From contig CAYUGU010000001.1 in assembly GCA_964444345.1 (NCBI GenBank), positions 6,861 to 70,860 of the forward strand: a stretch of DNA of 64,000 nt, in the 5' to 3' direction. The stretch is from an uncultured Bacteroides sp. GTDB lineage: Bacteria; Bacteroidota; Bacteroidia; Bacteroidales; Muribaculaceae. Numbering within the stretch: the stretch's first letter is position 1; the number at the start of each line of letters is the position of its first letter. Of the stretch, positions 15,187 to 24,005 are shown one piece after another. The notes beneath the pieces are model-generated. The model made no database searches. It was not told where the DNA came from and was given only the letters and a program-made list of their open reading frames with translations. A program made the position numbers and the translations under genes.

Positions 15187-17409
15187 TTATTTGAGGAATT
15201 GGGGGGCGAGGACGAAGATGCCGAGGGTAATGCCGGCGTGCCAGCCGCGTTCGGCGTGTGAACCCGTGCGATAGTTGGCGTAGGCGCAGAGGTTAACGAT
15301 TTTAAGTTTGTAGACTGCGGCAATTTCGCCAAAGAATTCCGGGGATTTCACTCCGCCGTCGCGCCAGGGAGTGAAGCAGTGCATTGCGCCGCGGAGTTGA
15401 AGATTATTGACCACTTTCCATACCGGGTCTACGCCGACGCCCAGAAACGAATAGGCGCGGAAGCCGGGGTTGAATGCGTTGAAGCAAGAAGGAGTGGGAG
15501 CATAGGTCGGGGCGTCGGCCGAGGCCACTTCGGGAATCTTCGAGGGCTTGCGGGTCGAGGCTAAGAGTTCGCCTTCAACTCCCAGTGCAAAATGGCGGCT
15601 GAAATCCCAGTATTTGCGCACGGTGGCGTCGAGTTGAATCCATTTCTTGGTGGCCTTGTCGCTCTCTACGAAGTGATGGCCGTAGAGGCCCTTGAGTGAG
15701 TAGCGCATCTCAAGGCCGGAGGTCGGGAAGTTGATGCCGTCGAGCGTGTTGTAGTCATAGTTGAGGGCAACCTGGCCGAGTTTATAGGTCGACTTGATTT
15801 TCTTCATCTCGTCGTTGACAAACGAGTTGCGCTCATAGCCGTAGCCTACGGAGACCACGCCCATTGCGTGGCGCCCGAGGGGCACAGTGAAGAGGTTGGC
15901 GCGTCCGAATCCTTGGAAGTCGCGCACGAACTTCGGCTCGTTGGCCTGATAGAAGAGACGTTCGCTCTGGTTGAAGCGGTGGTTGCTCACGACGCCTTGC
16001 AGCCCGAGGCTATAGGGTTTCTTGCCACCGAAACGAATCTTGGCAAGCAGTTGGGCCGCGGCGTAACTCTGGCCAATCCAGGCGCCGAAGGTGCCGTCGA
16101 TGGCACGGGTGCTCAGATTATGGTAATTGATTGCCGCATAGAGCATTGATGATGTGCTTGAAGAGATGTAACCGCCAAGGTCGACGCTCCAGTTCGATTT
16201 AGGATAGGCTTTGAGCATCATCTTGAATTCGCCGGTTGAGTCCGGAATGGCGGCGATTGTCAGGTTCTGGAGTTTATTGCCGGAGATGGCACGGTAGTAG
16301 CCGTTGCGGGCGTGGTGGAGGTCATATTCCTGACCGTCGTGTTGCTGGAATTGCGATACGATATATTCGTTTTGGCGCTTGGTTCCGCCTTCACATTCGA
16401 TTGAGGAGAAGTTGATTTGCGGCAGGCGGCGACGAAACTCGATTCGCCGGCGGGTCACTTCGCTCAGAGGGCGGCGAGCCTTGACGCGCGACTTGATGCT
16501 GTCGACCATTTCGAGTCCCTTGCGATAGCCGATGGCGTAGATTTCCTTAGCCTGGGGGAAGTCGAGGAGCGAGTATTGCGAGAGGTCGATATGGATGTGG
16601 ATACCATCCTTGGCCGGCAGGTCATAGGTCTGCGGGCGCATCGCCAGGTTGCTGATCTGGTTGATTGCGTTGGGCACTTGCGGTCCGTCGTTATGAACGT
16701 CGATGCCAATCATTATGTCGGGGTTGAAATCTGCTTTCATGACGTCGACGGGAAAGTTATCGAAAATGCCGCCGTCGTAATGGAGCGTATCGTTTATTTC
16801 AATCGGGCAGAAAACGATGGGGAACGACATGGAGGCGCGGATAGCGTCGCTCATCGAGCCGCCGCGGGCAACTTCGCCCCTCTGGGCCTCCATATTTGAA
16901 CTGACCGTGCGCAGCGGAACGAACAGATTGTCGAAGTTTCCGCCGCAGGCTGCCGTCTCGGCCGAAAAAAGTTCCATAAACGGGAAGTTCATGGCCAGGG
17001 GGGAGATAAGGCTTTGAGGAACCTGCTTGGCCACGGAATCATTGCCCACGGAGAGGCTCAAAACCGTAGGTGACTGAGGCGGGGTAGTGAAGTAATATTT
17101 AACGGAGGGATTGATTGTGCCCGTACTCCAATAGGCAAAGTCTTTGCTCGTGATAAGTTGCATCATTTCGGCGGGAGTATAGCCCGAGGCGTAAAGACCG
17201 CCAACAATGGCGCCCATCGAAGTGCCGGTCACATAGTCAATTGCTATATCGTTTTCCTCCAATGCCTGAATCATACCGATATGGGCAATACCTTTAGCGC
17301 CGCCGCCACTGAGGACGAGGCCGACGGTTTGCTCTTTGGCTTGAGCCGAGAAGCCGAGAAGGAGGGAAGTCGCCAAAGCGATTATTTTCGAAGTTCTGTA
17401 CATAAGCAT
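15187..17409 (-). CDS. Patatin-like phospholipase fused to an outer-membrane barrel-like C-terminal domain
   Basis: 740 aa. Signal peptide, oxyanion GGGAKG, nucleophile GTSMG (GxSxG), Asp dyad YDGG. The C-terminal ~400 aa is beta-rich and ends ...VLAPQFLK. Confidence 0.88.
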   Translation of the reverse strand: MLMYRTSKIIALATSLLLGFSAQAKEQTVGLVLSGGGAKGIAHIGMIQALEENDIAIDYVTGTSMGAIVGGLYASGYTPAEMMQLITSKDFAYWSTGTINPSVKYYFTTPPQSPTVLSLSVGNDSVAKQVPQSLISPLAMNFPFMELFSAETAACGGNFDNLFVPLRTVSSNMEAQRGEVARGGSMSDAIRASMSFPIVFCPIEINDTLHYDGGIFDNFPVDVMKADFNPDIMIGIDVHNDGPQVPNAINQISNLAMRPQTYDLPAKDGIHIHIDLSQYSLLDFPQAKEIYAIGYRKGLEMVDSIKSRVKARRPLSEVTRRRIEFRRRLPQINFSSIECEGGTKRQNEYIVSQFQQHDGQEYDLHHARNGYYRAISGNKLQNLTIAAIPDSTGEFKMMLKAYPKSNWSVDLGGYISSSTSSMLYAAINYHNLSTRAIDGTFGAWIGQSYAAAQLLAKIRFGGKKPYSLGLQGVVSNHRFNQSERLFYQANEPKFVRDFQGFGRANLFTVPLGRHAMGVVSVGYGYERNSFVNDEMKKIKSTYKLGQVALNYDYNTLDGINFPTSGLEMRYSLKGLYGHHFVESDKATKKWIQLDATVRKYWDFSRHFALGVEGELLASTRKPSKIPEVASADAPTYAPTPSCFNAFNPGFRAYSFLGVGVDPVWKVVNNLQLRGAMHCFTPWRDGGVKSPEFFGEIAAVYKLKIVNLCAYANYRTGSHAERGWHAGITLGIFVLAPQFLK

Positions 17410-17804
17410 AAATAAATAGTTTTTCTTTATAACGCTCCGCGCCCGGAAAAAGTTCGGGGGGATAAAAAAGCCAAAAGATGCCTACCTCACGGCCGTCATC
17501 TTTCGTATATAAAATCACATTTAATTTATGTCCTTGTGTGCCCTTTTTCTATTCCATAGAATTGGAATAAGATATAGGGTTAACGGGCCGACGGTTGAGG
17601 CGTCGGCCTATCAATTAGTGCTTTTTATCAAAAATCGTTATCGGTTGAATAGGGGTAACCCTGCTGCCGCAATTACGGCAACCGGGGGGGTAATTTGCTG
17701 ATTATCAACAAGATAGGTTTGCATAACGATAGACTTGCTGTTTGTTTTTCAACGCAAAGATACAATCAAAAATCCGAATTTGCAAATTTTTGCGCTGAAA
17801 AAAA

Positions 17805-18824
17805 TCAGAGGAGGGTAATCCCGGCAGCGGCGCAGGCAGCAATCTGCTCTTCGGGCCAGAGGCTGACCTGAACCTCGCCGATATGCGCTTTCTGGAGCAG
17901 GAGCATACAGAGGCGGCTCTGGCCGATACCGCCGCCAATCGAGGCGGGGAGTTCGCCGTTGAGCAGGCGTTGGTGGAAGCGGCGTTCGGCATAATGTTCC
18001 TTGCCTTCAATCGAGAGTTGGAGGCGGAGCGCTTCGGGGCTCACGCGGATGCCCATCGAGGAGAGTTCGAAAGGAATGTCGAGAACATGGTTCCAGACGA
18101 GGATGTCGCCGTTGAGGCCTCCGTTAGTGGTCCAGTCGTCATAGTCGGCGGCGCGCCCGTCATGCTTCTGACCGTCGGCCAGTTTGGCGCCGATGCCGCG
18201 AATGAAGACAGCGCCGAGTTCGCGCGTGATTTCGCGCTCGCGTTCGCGCGGCGAAAGGTTCGGATAGCGCTTAAGGAGTTCTTCGGCCGTGATAAACGAG
18301 ATTTCGTCGGGCAGATAGGGGGTAATGTGTGGATAGCAGCGGTAAACGTCAAGTTCCGTGCGCTTTATGGCGGAGTAGATTTTGCGGACGGTGTCGTAAA
18401 GATAGGAAACAGTGCGCTGGTCGGGGCGGATTGTCTGCTCCCAGTCCCATTGGTCAACATAGAGCGAATGGAGATTGTCGAGGTCTTCGGTGGCGCGGAT
18501 AGCGTTCATGTCCGTGTAGATTCCGAAGCCGGGAGCGATGTCATAGTCGGCCAGTTTCATACGCTTCCATTTAGCCAGCGAGTGGACCACTTCGGCCCGA
18601 CGGCCTCCGAGGGCCGGAATGTTGAACGATACGGGAGCCTCGACGCCGTTCAGGTCATCGTTGACGCCCGTTCCCTCCAGCACGAAGAGGGGCGCGGTTA
18701 CGCGGCGAAGGTTGAGGGCTTCGGCCAGGGCGCGCTGAAACGAGTCCTTTACGAGTTTGATTGCGATTTCGGAGGTTTCGGGGAGGAGTTTGAGTTTATA
18801 GCGTGAGGGAATGATTAAAGCCAT
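17805..18824 (-). CDS. asnA: Aspartate--ammonia ligase (asparagine synthetase A)
   Basis: 339 aa, AsnA-type class II synthetase-like sequence (…VTAPLFVLEGTGVNDDLNG…, GGGIGQSRLCMLLL). Confidence 0.93.
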   Translation of the reverse strand: MALIIPSRYKLKLLPETSEIAIKLVKDSFQRALAEALNLRRVTAPLFVLEGTGVNDDLNGVEAPVSFNIPALGGRRAEVVHSLAKWKRMKLADYDIAPGFGIYTDMNAIRATEDLDNLHSLYVDQWDWEQTIRPDQRTVSYLYDTVRKIYSAIKRTELDVYRCYPHITPYLPDEISFITAEELLKRYPNLSPREREREITRELGAVFIRGIGAKLADGQKHDGRAADYDDWTTNGGLNGDILVWNHVLDIPFELSSMGIRVSPEALRLQLSIEGKEHYAERRFHQRLLNGELPASIGGGIGQSRLCMLLLQKAHIGEVQVSLWPEEQIAACAAAGITLL

Positions 18825-18855
18825 AATTGTAAATCTTTCGGGGTTAATTTTTGCG

Positions 18856-18863
18856 CAAAATTA
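18856..18863 (-). promoter_or_regulatory. -7 box TAATTTTG for asnA, embedded in palindromes
   Basis: Plus strand CAAAATTA. Overlapped by TTTTGCGCAAAA (18849-18860) and by CGCAAAAT-N7-ATTTTGCG (18854-18876). Confidence 0.45.
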
Positions 18864-18939
18864 GCGAAATTTTGCGAAGCAGCCAACTTATTCGGGCGGA
18901 AAAATGTTTTAATCGTATAATACAATAAAAATTGAACAT

Positions 18940-19800
18940 ATGAAACTCAGTAAAATCCTCGCGCCGGCCCTCCTTGCTGCCGGCCTTGTCTGCGGTCTTT
19001 CGGCCTGTAGCGACGACAAAAATGACTCTCCCGAGGAGTCAATCATCATCAAGGATGAGAATGGTAATATCTCCCTGACTATCAAGAATCCTGAAAAGTG
19101 GGTAGCAGCGGCCAAGTCTGTGGCTCGCGAACTCCATAAGGATGCAACCGAGGAGATGCACGAATGGGTAACCGAAAAGACCCGCGAACTGGCCACTCAG
19201 GCCCCCTCAGAGAGCGTCAGCGAGATGGTCGACGAATGTGCCGACGAGGTCAACGATGTTGCCACCGAGAAGATTCCCTCGCCGCTGGCCGTCTTCACTA
19301 CGGGCGATGATTGCGTTGCCAATCTCGGCTCCGTGCGCAATGTCCTCTTAGGGTCGACCGACGGCAGCGTCAATCCCGCCTCTATTATGGCCTACACTTC
19401 CGTTGCGAATCCCGCACTGGCTCAGAAGGTTTCAACCCAGTTGGCCGATGCCGTAGCGAAGATTCAGGCTATCCCGGCCCCTCTGCGCGATAATTCAAAC
19501 TCGGCCGAGGCTAAGGCCGCCATTGCCGCCTGCAAGACCTTGGAGCGCACCCTTGAGACCGAACTTGAGCCTATGTTTACCACCCTTACGGGCCACGACG
19601 CTGAACTCAAGGCTATTGTCAAGCAGTATGCCGAAGGGGTTGTCACTCCCTCGCTGACTGCCGCCCAAACTGCTGCCGACGAACTCCTCGCCGCCGTTGA
19701 GGCCCTCCCCGCGCAACCCACCGAGGCCCATATTCAGGCTGCTATAGCCGCCTACATCAAGGCCCGCGCCGCCCTCGACCTCTGCGCCGCCTTTATGTAA
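18940..19800 (+). CDS. Hypothetical Ala-rich helical lipoprotein
   Basis: 286 aa, lipobox GLSAC, helical Ala/Glu-rich sequence. No catalytic motif recognised. Confidence 0.6.
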   Translation: MKLSKILAPALLAAGLVCGLSACSDDKNDSPEESIIIKDENGNISLTIKNPEKWVAAAKSVARELHKDATEEMHEWVTEKTRELATQAPSESVSEMVDECADEVNDVATEKIPSPLAVFTTGDDCVANLGSVRNVLLGSTDGSVNPASIMAYTSVANPALAQKVSTQLADAVAKIQAIPAPLRDNSNSAEAKAAIAACKTLERTLETELEPMFTTLTGHDAELKAIVKQYAEGVVTPSLTAAQTAADELLAAVEALPAQPTEAHIQAAIAAYIKARAALDLCAAFM

Positions 19801-19847
19801 ATTAAAAATTAAAAATACAGAATACAAAATACAAAATATAGAATTGG

Positions 19848-19877
19848 AATGCCCGGCCTTCATTGAGACCGGGCATT
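19848..19877. terminator. Bidirectional rho-independent terminator
   Basis: AATGCCCGG-N12-CCGGGCATT, followed by TGATTTTATTT on the plus strand and preceded by a long A-rich tract (T-rich on the minus strand). Lies between convergent genes. Confidence 0.7.
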
Positions 19878-19882
19878 TGATT

Positions 19883-21169
19883 TTATTTCTTGTTTGAGAG
19901 TTTGAAGGTAATCGGGATGGTGTACCAAACTCTTACCGGCTCGCCGTTCATCGTTCCGGGGGTGAATTTCGGGAAGGTGCGCACAACGCGTATTGCTTCT
20001 TCGTCAAGTTGCGGGTCTTGGGGGCGGACAACCTTGGCTTCGCCGACTGAACCGTCTTTTTCAACAACGAACTGAACGATAACACGGCCCTGGATGTTGC
20101 GCTTGGCGCAATCTTCGGGGTATCTGATGTTCTTGGTAAGATGTTCATACATCTTCATTTCTCCGCCGGGAAATACCGGGGCAACTTCGACTTCAGTGAA
20201 GACTTTGTTATTGTCGGCCTTGGTAGTGTCCGCCTTAGCCTGAATGACTTCTACTTTTGCGGGCATAAGCGATTCGGCCTGGTGGGCAAGTACCGGAGTC
20301 GTTGCGAACGCGAGGACAAGAAGACTCGCGGGCAAGAGCGCGAGGCTGCGGAGCAACCCGGGGCGCATAAGGGATTTTTTCTGCATCATAATTATGCGTT
20401 TTTTAAGTGAATGATTATTTATGCAGTCGGCAACGGAGTTCGCGAACCTCCGACCGGATGCTTTCGAAATAAGTAGTAACTGGTAGGCACGTGGGTCATA
20501 TCCCTGGCTGAGAACGACGCTGTCGGCCTCAAACTCGTGGGCCATCTGGAGTTCACGTCGAATAAGTCTTGCGGCAGGGCAATACCACGTCAGGCAGCCC
20601 AAAAGGTTGAGAATCAGCAGGTCGAGCCAATGGTATGCGCGCAGGTGGGCCTCCTCGTGGGTCAGCAGCATTTCTGCCGCAGGCGTATTGAGGTCATCGC
20701 GACTAATGAAAATCATCCTGCCCCAACTGAAGGGCGAAAAGTCGCCGCGGTCGCTGAGTATGATGTTTCCTCTGCGCTCCGAGCGGGCTGCAATCAGCAG
20801 GATGCGCCCTATGGTGATTAGCAGGCGGAGAAGTGCCGCGCCGAGACCGATTGCGTAGACGATGCTGAGGGCGCGCAACGGGGCGAATTTCCAACCGGAA
20901 TCAAGAGAAGTCGGCTCGTTGATTCCGTCGAACATCTCGGGAGTTAAGGGCGAGTATGGTCCAATCTCAAGGATGATTGTCTTGCGCGAAAGCCACGCAA
21001 TCAGCAGCGGAGACGCGGCCGCCAGCGCTACGGTCAGCACCGAGACGAGTATCGTGACCCGGCCCTTTGGCGCCGAGGCGACGCGACTATAGCGGATAAC
21101 GCCATAGATCAGGAGCAGTTCGACGCTGAAAATCAGCGAGTAGAGGAAGAGGATTTTGAGGGTAAACAT
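19883..21169 (-). CDS. BlaR1/M56-family metallopeptidase sensor fused to a TonB C-terminal domain
   Basis: 428 aa, multi-TM N-terminus, HEXXH (THEEAH) plus downstream EFEAD, C-terminal TonB-like domain (VAPVFPGGEMKMYEHL...GRVIVQFVVEKDGSV...PGTMNGEPVRVWYTIPITF). Confidence 0.85.
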   Translation of the reverse strand: MFTLKILFLYSLIFSVELLLIYGVIRYSRVASAPKGRVTILVSVLTVALAAASPLLIAWLSRKTIILEIGPYSPLTPEMFDGINEPTSLDSGWKFAPLRALSIVYAIGLGAALLRLLITIGRILLIAARSERRGNIILSDRGDFSPFSWGRMIFISRDDLNTPAAEMLLTHEEAHLRAYHWLDLLILNLLGCLTWYCPAARLIRRELQMAHEFEADSVVLSQGYDPRAYQLLLISKASGRRFANSVADCINNHSLKKRIIMMQKKSLMRPGLLRSLALLPASLLVLAFATTPVLAHQAESLMPAKVEVIQAKADTTKADNNKVFTEVEVAPVFPGGEMKMYEHLTKNIRYPEDCAKRNIQGRVIVQFVVEKDGSVGEAKVVRPQDPQLDEEAIRVVRTFPKFTPGTMNGEPVRVWYTIPITFKLSNKK

Positions 21170-21181
21170 AGCGCAACGAGT

Positions 21182-21550
21182 TTACTTAGGGCGTTTAACC
21201 ATTTCGATTAGTTCGCGGATTTCCTCATCAGATAATCTTTCGTCGGCAACGAGGGCCGAGATTGCTCCGTGAAGAGAGTCGTTGAAATAGCGGCTTATGA
21301 CGTTGCGCAGGGCCGAGCGGGAATATTCGTCAGCGCTTATGAGCGGGTAAAACCTATGGTTATGCCCAATGGCCTCGTGGGCCAGGACTCCCTTTTGCTC
21401 GAGGATGCGCACGAAGGTAGCGACGGTGTTCACATGGGGTCGCGGCTCGGGGAGCAGCGCAAGAAGTTCGCGGACAAACATAGGTCCGTTTTGCCAGAAG
21501 AGTCTCATCAGTTCCTCTTCGCGTTCGGTCAGTTGAATATGATTAGCCAT
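21182..21550 (-). CDS. BlaI/MecI/CopY family transcriptional repressor
   Basis: 122 aa winged-helix protein (LTEREEELMRLFWQNGPMFVRELL...VNTVATFVRILEQKGVL), immediately upstream of the M56 sensor gene. Confidence 0.88.
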   Translation of the reverse strand: MANHIQLTEREEELMRLFWQNGPMFVRELLALLPEPRPHVNTVATFVRILEQKGVLAHEAIGHNHRFYPLISADEYSRSALRNVISRYFNDSLHGAISALVADERLSDEEIRELIEMVKRPK

Positions 21551-21582
21551 AGATTTGCGACATTAAAAAGAGTTTCACGCCG

Positions 21583-21608
21583 CAAAGTTAAACTAAATAT
21601 TTTAGTTT
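21583..21608 (-). promoter_or_regulatory. blaI promoter: -7 box TAACTTTG (21583-21590) plus a 19-bp perfect palindrome AAACTAAA-TAT-TTTAGTTT (21590-21608), a candidate operator
   Basis: The palindrome occupies the spacer immediately upstream of the -7 box, where a BlaI-type dimeric repressor would occlude the polymerase. Confidence 0.45.
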
Positions 21609-21639
21609 TCCAACTAATTCTCTTAGTTTTTTTCGAAAA

Positions 21640-21670
21640 AATTTAAAAAGGCGCGGTTTGGAGCCGCGCC
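21640..21670 (-). terminator. Terminator of the AAA+ ATPase gene
   Basis: On the minus strand: GGCGCGG-ctccaaa-CCGCGCC followed by TTTTTAAATTTTTT. Confidence 0.6.
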
Positions 21671-21693
21671 TCAGGTGTGTGTTTGGGGTAGTA

Positions 21694-23781
21694 TTAGAGG
21701 TGGAAGCCGACTTTAGGAGAGGGGCTGCCGATTTTCTCTTGAGTACATAAGCGGTTGATTTGCAGGACGTCGGGTTGACGGCCTTCGAGTATTTCGGCCA
21801 TCAATGCCTTGCGTGCTATGTTGTCGATTTCGCCGCCGCTGAAGTCGTAGTCAGCAGCCAACCTGAGTGCCTCCTCGTCGCTCAACAGGGGGAGTTTGTC
21901 GCGCCATATGCGCATCTTAGCCTCCGTAGAGGGGCGGTTGAAGCGGATTTTGAAGAGGAAGCGGCGCTCGAAAGCCTTGTCGAGATTGTCGGCGAGGTTG
22001 GTCGTGGCGATAAGGATTCCTTCGAGTCGCTCCATCTCTTCGAGGATAATGTTCTGAATTGCGTTTTCCGTTTGGTCGAGGCTGCTGTTATGGCCGGATG
22101 ACTTGCGCGTAGAGAATATCGCGTCCGCTTCGTTGAAAAGGAGAATAGGCGTGAGGGCCGAGCGGCGACATTGTCTCCGATAGTTAATGAAAATCTCCTT
22201 GATTATTTTCTCGCTCTCGCCGTACCACATGCTTTTGGATGCGGATATGTCGACGTGGATAATGTCGCGTCCGGTGTTACGGGCCCATTGCATGACCGAT
22301 TCGGTTTTGCCGGTGCCCGGCGCGCCGTAGAGCAGTATAGCCATACCCTTCGGGAGTCCCTTCTCTTCGAGGCGTGAGGTCAGGGTTCGGTAGTTTTCCT
22401 CGATAAGCGAGTTGCCTACGGTCTGCAACTGTTCCTGCTCCTCGGGCGAGAAAAAGAGGTGTTTCTCCTTGATTTCCCCGGCGGCGATGAGGTTCTTCTT
22501 GTCGGTTTTTTCGATGAAGAGCGAGGCGTCTTCGCCGAAGTAGAGTTCTTTCCCTTTGTCGGTCAGTTGGATGACGTTATATTCTCCGAAAATCGACGAT
22601 TGGGAAACCATCTCCATGAGGTCGAGGCGCTGGAGTTTATGAACTTCCTCCTTAAACTCCTTGATTGCCTGATTACGCTGTTTCAGGGGGTAGAGTCGTC
22701 CCAGTTCGCGCGAAAGGCTGAGGTCGTCGGCGTTAGCGCAGGCGTCGGCCGCCATATAGAAAAGCGCGCGCAAGTCCTCTTCCGAAACAATTGATTTAAC
22801 CTTGCTGATGGACTCCATTCCGCTGTTTGACTCCTCGATGCAGCGGATTTTCTCGGCCAGACGCTCCATTGATTTAGCGTTGTCGACGTCGTGTTCGTCG
22901 CTATGGACAAACTCCTTGACTTTCCGGGCGAACGAGTAGATATTGAGCCCGTTATATTCCGGAGTGAATGCTCCGAAGTCGGCCCCGAGAAAGAGTTTCT
23001 GGCCGGCCACGGTCAGCCGGAGTTCCTCCTTGTCGCCCGTCAGTTCAATCAGGCCGGCGCTCAGGAGCGGATGGTTCCCGTCGAGCAGCGATTTGCGTTC
23101 GCGCAGACGCTGGCCGAAAGACTGATACATATCGCGCATTGTGCTTACGATACCGGTGCGACCGTTGCCGTCGCGCTCGATGTAGTCTTTGCAAATATCG
23201 TAAAAGAGCGTGCGCTCTGCGAGGCCCGGAATCATCTGTTTCAGCATCTTGACCAGGGGCATCGACTCGTTTTCGCTTTCTAAGGTCTCGACAAACTGAA
23301 GGAGCAACTCGATTGCCACATCGTCGTCTTCAACCTGCTCCCCGATCTGTTTGCAAAGGTCGTAGGCGTCAAACTCCTTTTCCCGGCTCTTTTGGCTGCC
23401 AAGGTCAGGCTTCTTGTTGTCGAGAATACAGCCGACTACGTAGTTGGTGACCAGAAAGTTCTGGCGCACGAGCCTGCATTCGCTGCGATTAGAGAGCATA
23501 ACCAGTCCTCGGGCTTGAAGTTGTCTGAGCGCCGGAACGTACTCCATAATGTCGAGTTGGGGCGAGTCGAAATAGTCGGCGATGTCCTCCAGGTCCGAAC
23601 TGCGCCCTGAGCAACTGCGGTCGAATATAGCCGTGAAGATGATTGCTTCCTCTTTGGTTTCCAATCCGAGCGACTCCATTATGCCCTTGAGCGATTCGCT
23701 GATTTCCTTTCCGTCCAGTCGGTTGAGTTTGCCGGCTTTCAGTTTGGCGGCTGCCTTCTTGAGATGTTGAATCGAGTTCAT
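21694..23781 (-). CDS. AAA+ ATPase (classical AAA clade) with a ~450-aa uncharacterised N-terminal region
   Basis: 695 aa. Walker A LLYGAPGTGKT, Walker B ILLFNEAD, sensor/arginine region ATTNLADNLDKAFERRF. The N-terminus contains three similar modules ending in ...GL[VI]xL...L.LT..G..L[FY][FL]G-like segments. Confidence 0.8.
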   Translation of the reverse strand: MNSIQHLKKAAAKLKAGKLNRLDGKEISESLKGIMESLGLETKEEAIIFTAIFDRSCSGRSSDLEDIADYFDSPQLDIMEYVPALRQLQARGLVMLSNRSECRLVRQNFLVTNYVVGCILDNKKPDLGSQKSREKEFDAYDLCKQIGEQVEDDDVAIELLLQFVETLESENESMPLVKMLKQMIPGLAERTLFYDICKDYIERDGNGRTGIVSTMRDMYQSFGQRLRERKSLLDGNHPLLSAGLIELTGDKEELRLTVAGQKLFLGADFGAFTPEYNGLNIYSFARKVKEFVHSDEHDVDNAKSMERLAEKIRCIEESNSGMESISKVKSIVSEEDLRALFYMAADACANADDLSLSRELGRLYPLKQRNQAIKEFKEEVHKLQRLDLMEMVSQSSIFGEYNVIQLTDKGKELYFGEDASLFIEKTDKKNLIAAGEIKEKHLFFSPEEQEQLQTVGNSLIEENYRTLTSRLEEKGLPKGMAILLYGAPGTGKTESVMQWARNTGRDIIHVDISASKSMWYGESEKIIKEIFINYRRQCRRSALTPILLFNEADAIFSTRKSSGHNSSLDQTENAIQNIILEEMERLEGILIATTNLADNLDKAFERRFLFKIRFNRPSTEAKMRIWRDKLPLLSDEEALRLAADYDFSGGEIDNIARKALMAEILEGRQPDVLQINRLCTQEKIGSPSPKVGFHL

Positions 23782-23810
23782 AGTTATAACGCTTTTATCA
23801 AATTACACCG

Positions 23811-23818
23811 CAAAATTA
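23811..23818 (-). promoter_or_regulatory. -7 box TAATTTTG for the AAA+ ATPase gene
   Basis: Plus strand CAAAATTA, about 30 nt upstream of the ATG at 23781. Confidence 0.4.
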
Positions 23819-24005
23819 AACGCATAATGTCTCACTCCGTGATACAACATAAAATAAATGAAAAAAAATGCTGAATTGCGGGTATTTTTTGATTTTGAAC
23901 AGCAAAGGGGGGATTTCATACAATGGGGCCGGGATTGCTTGGCGGCGTGATTATTTTTCGGGAAATTTGCGGCCATAAAAAAAATCATTATTCTATTCTT
24001 TCGGT

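Noticed and set aside
17714-17721. Plus-strand TAGGTTTG box pointing into the 3' end of asnA
   Set aside because: By my estimate, TAnnTTTG is expected by chance a few tens of times in 64 kb, and no downstream ORF or structure supports this one.
18940-19800. Imelysin-family assignment for the Ala-rich lipoprotein
   Set aside because: I could not find the G-x-H-x-x-E type motif I associate with imelysins, so I left it as a hypothetical lipoprotein.
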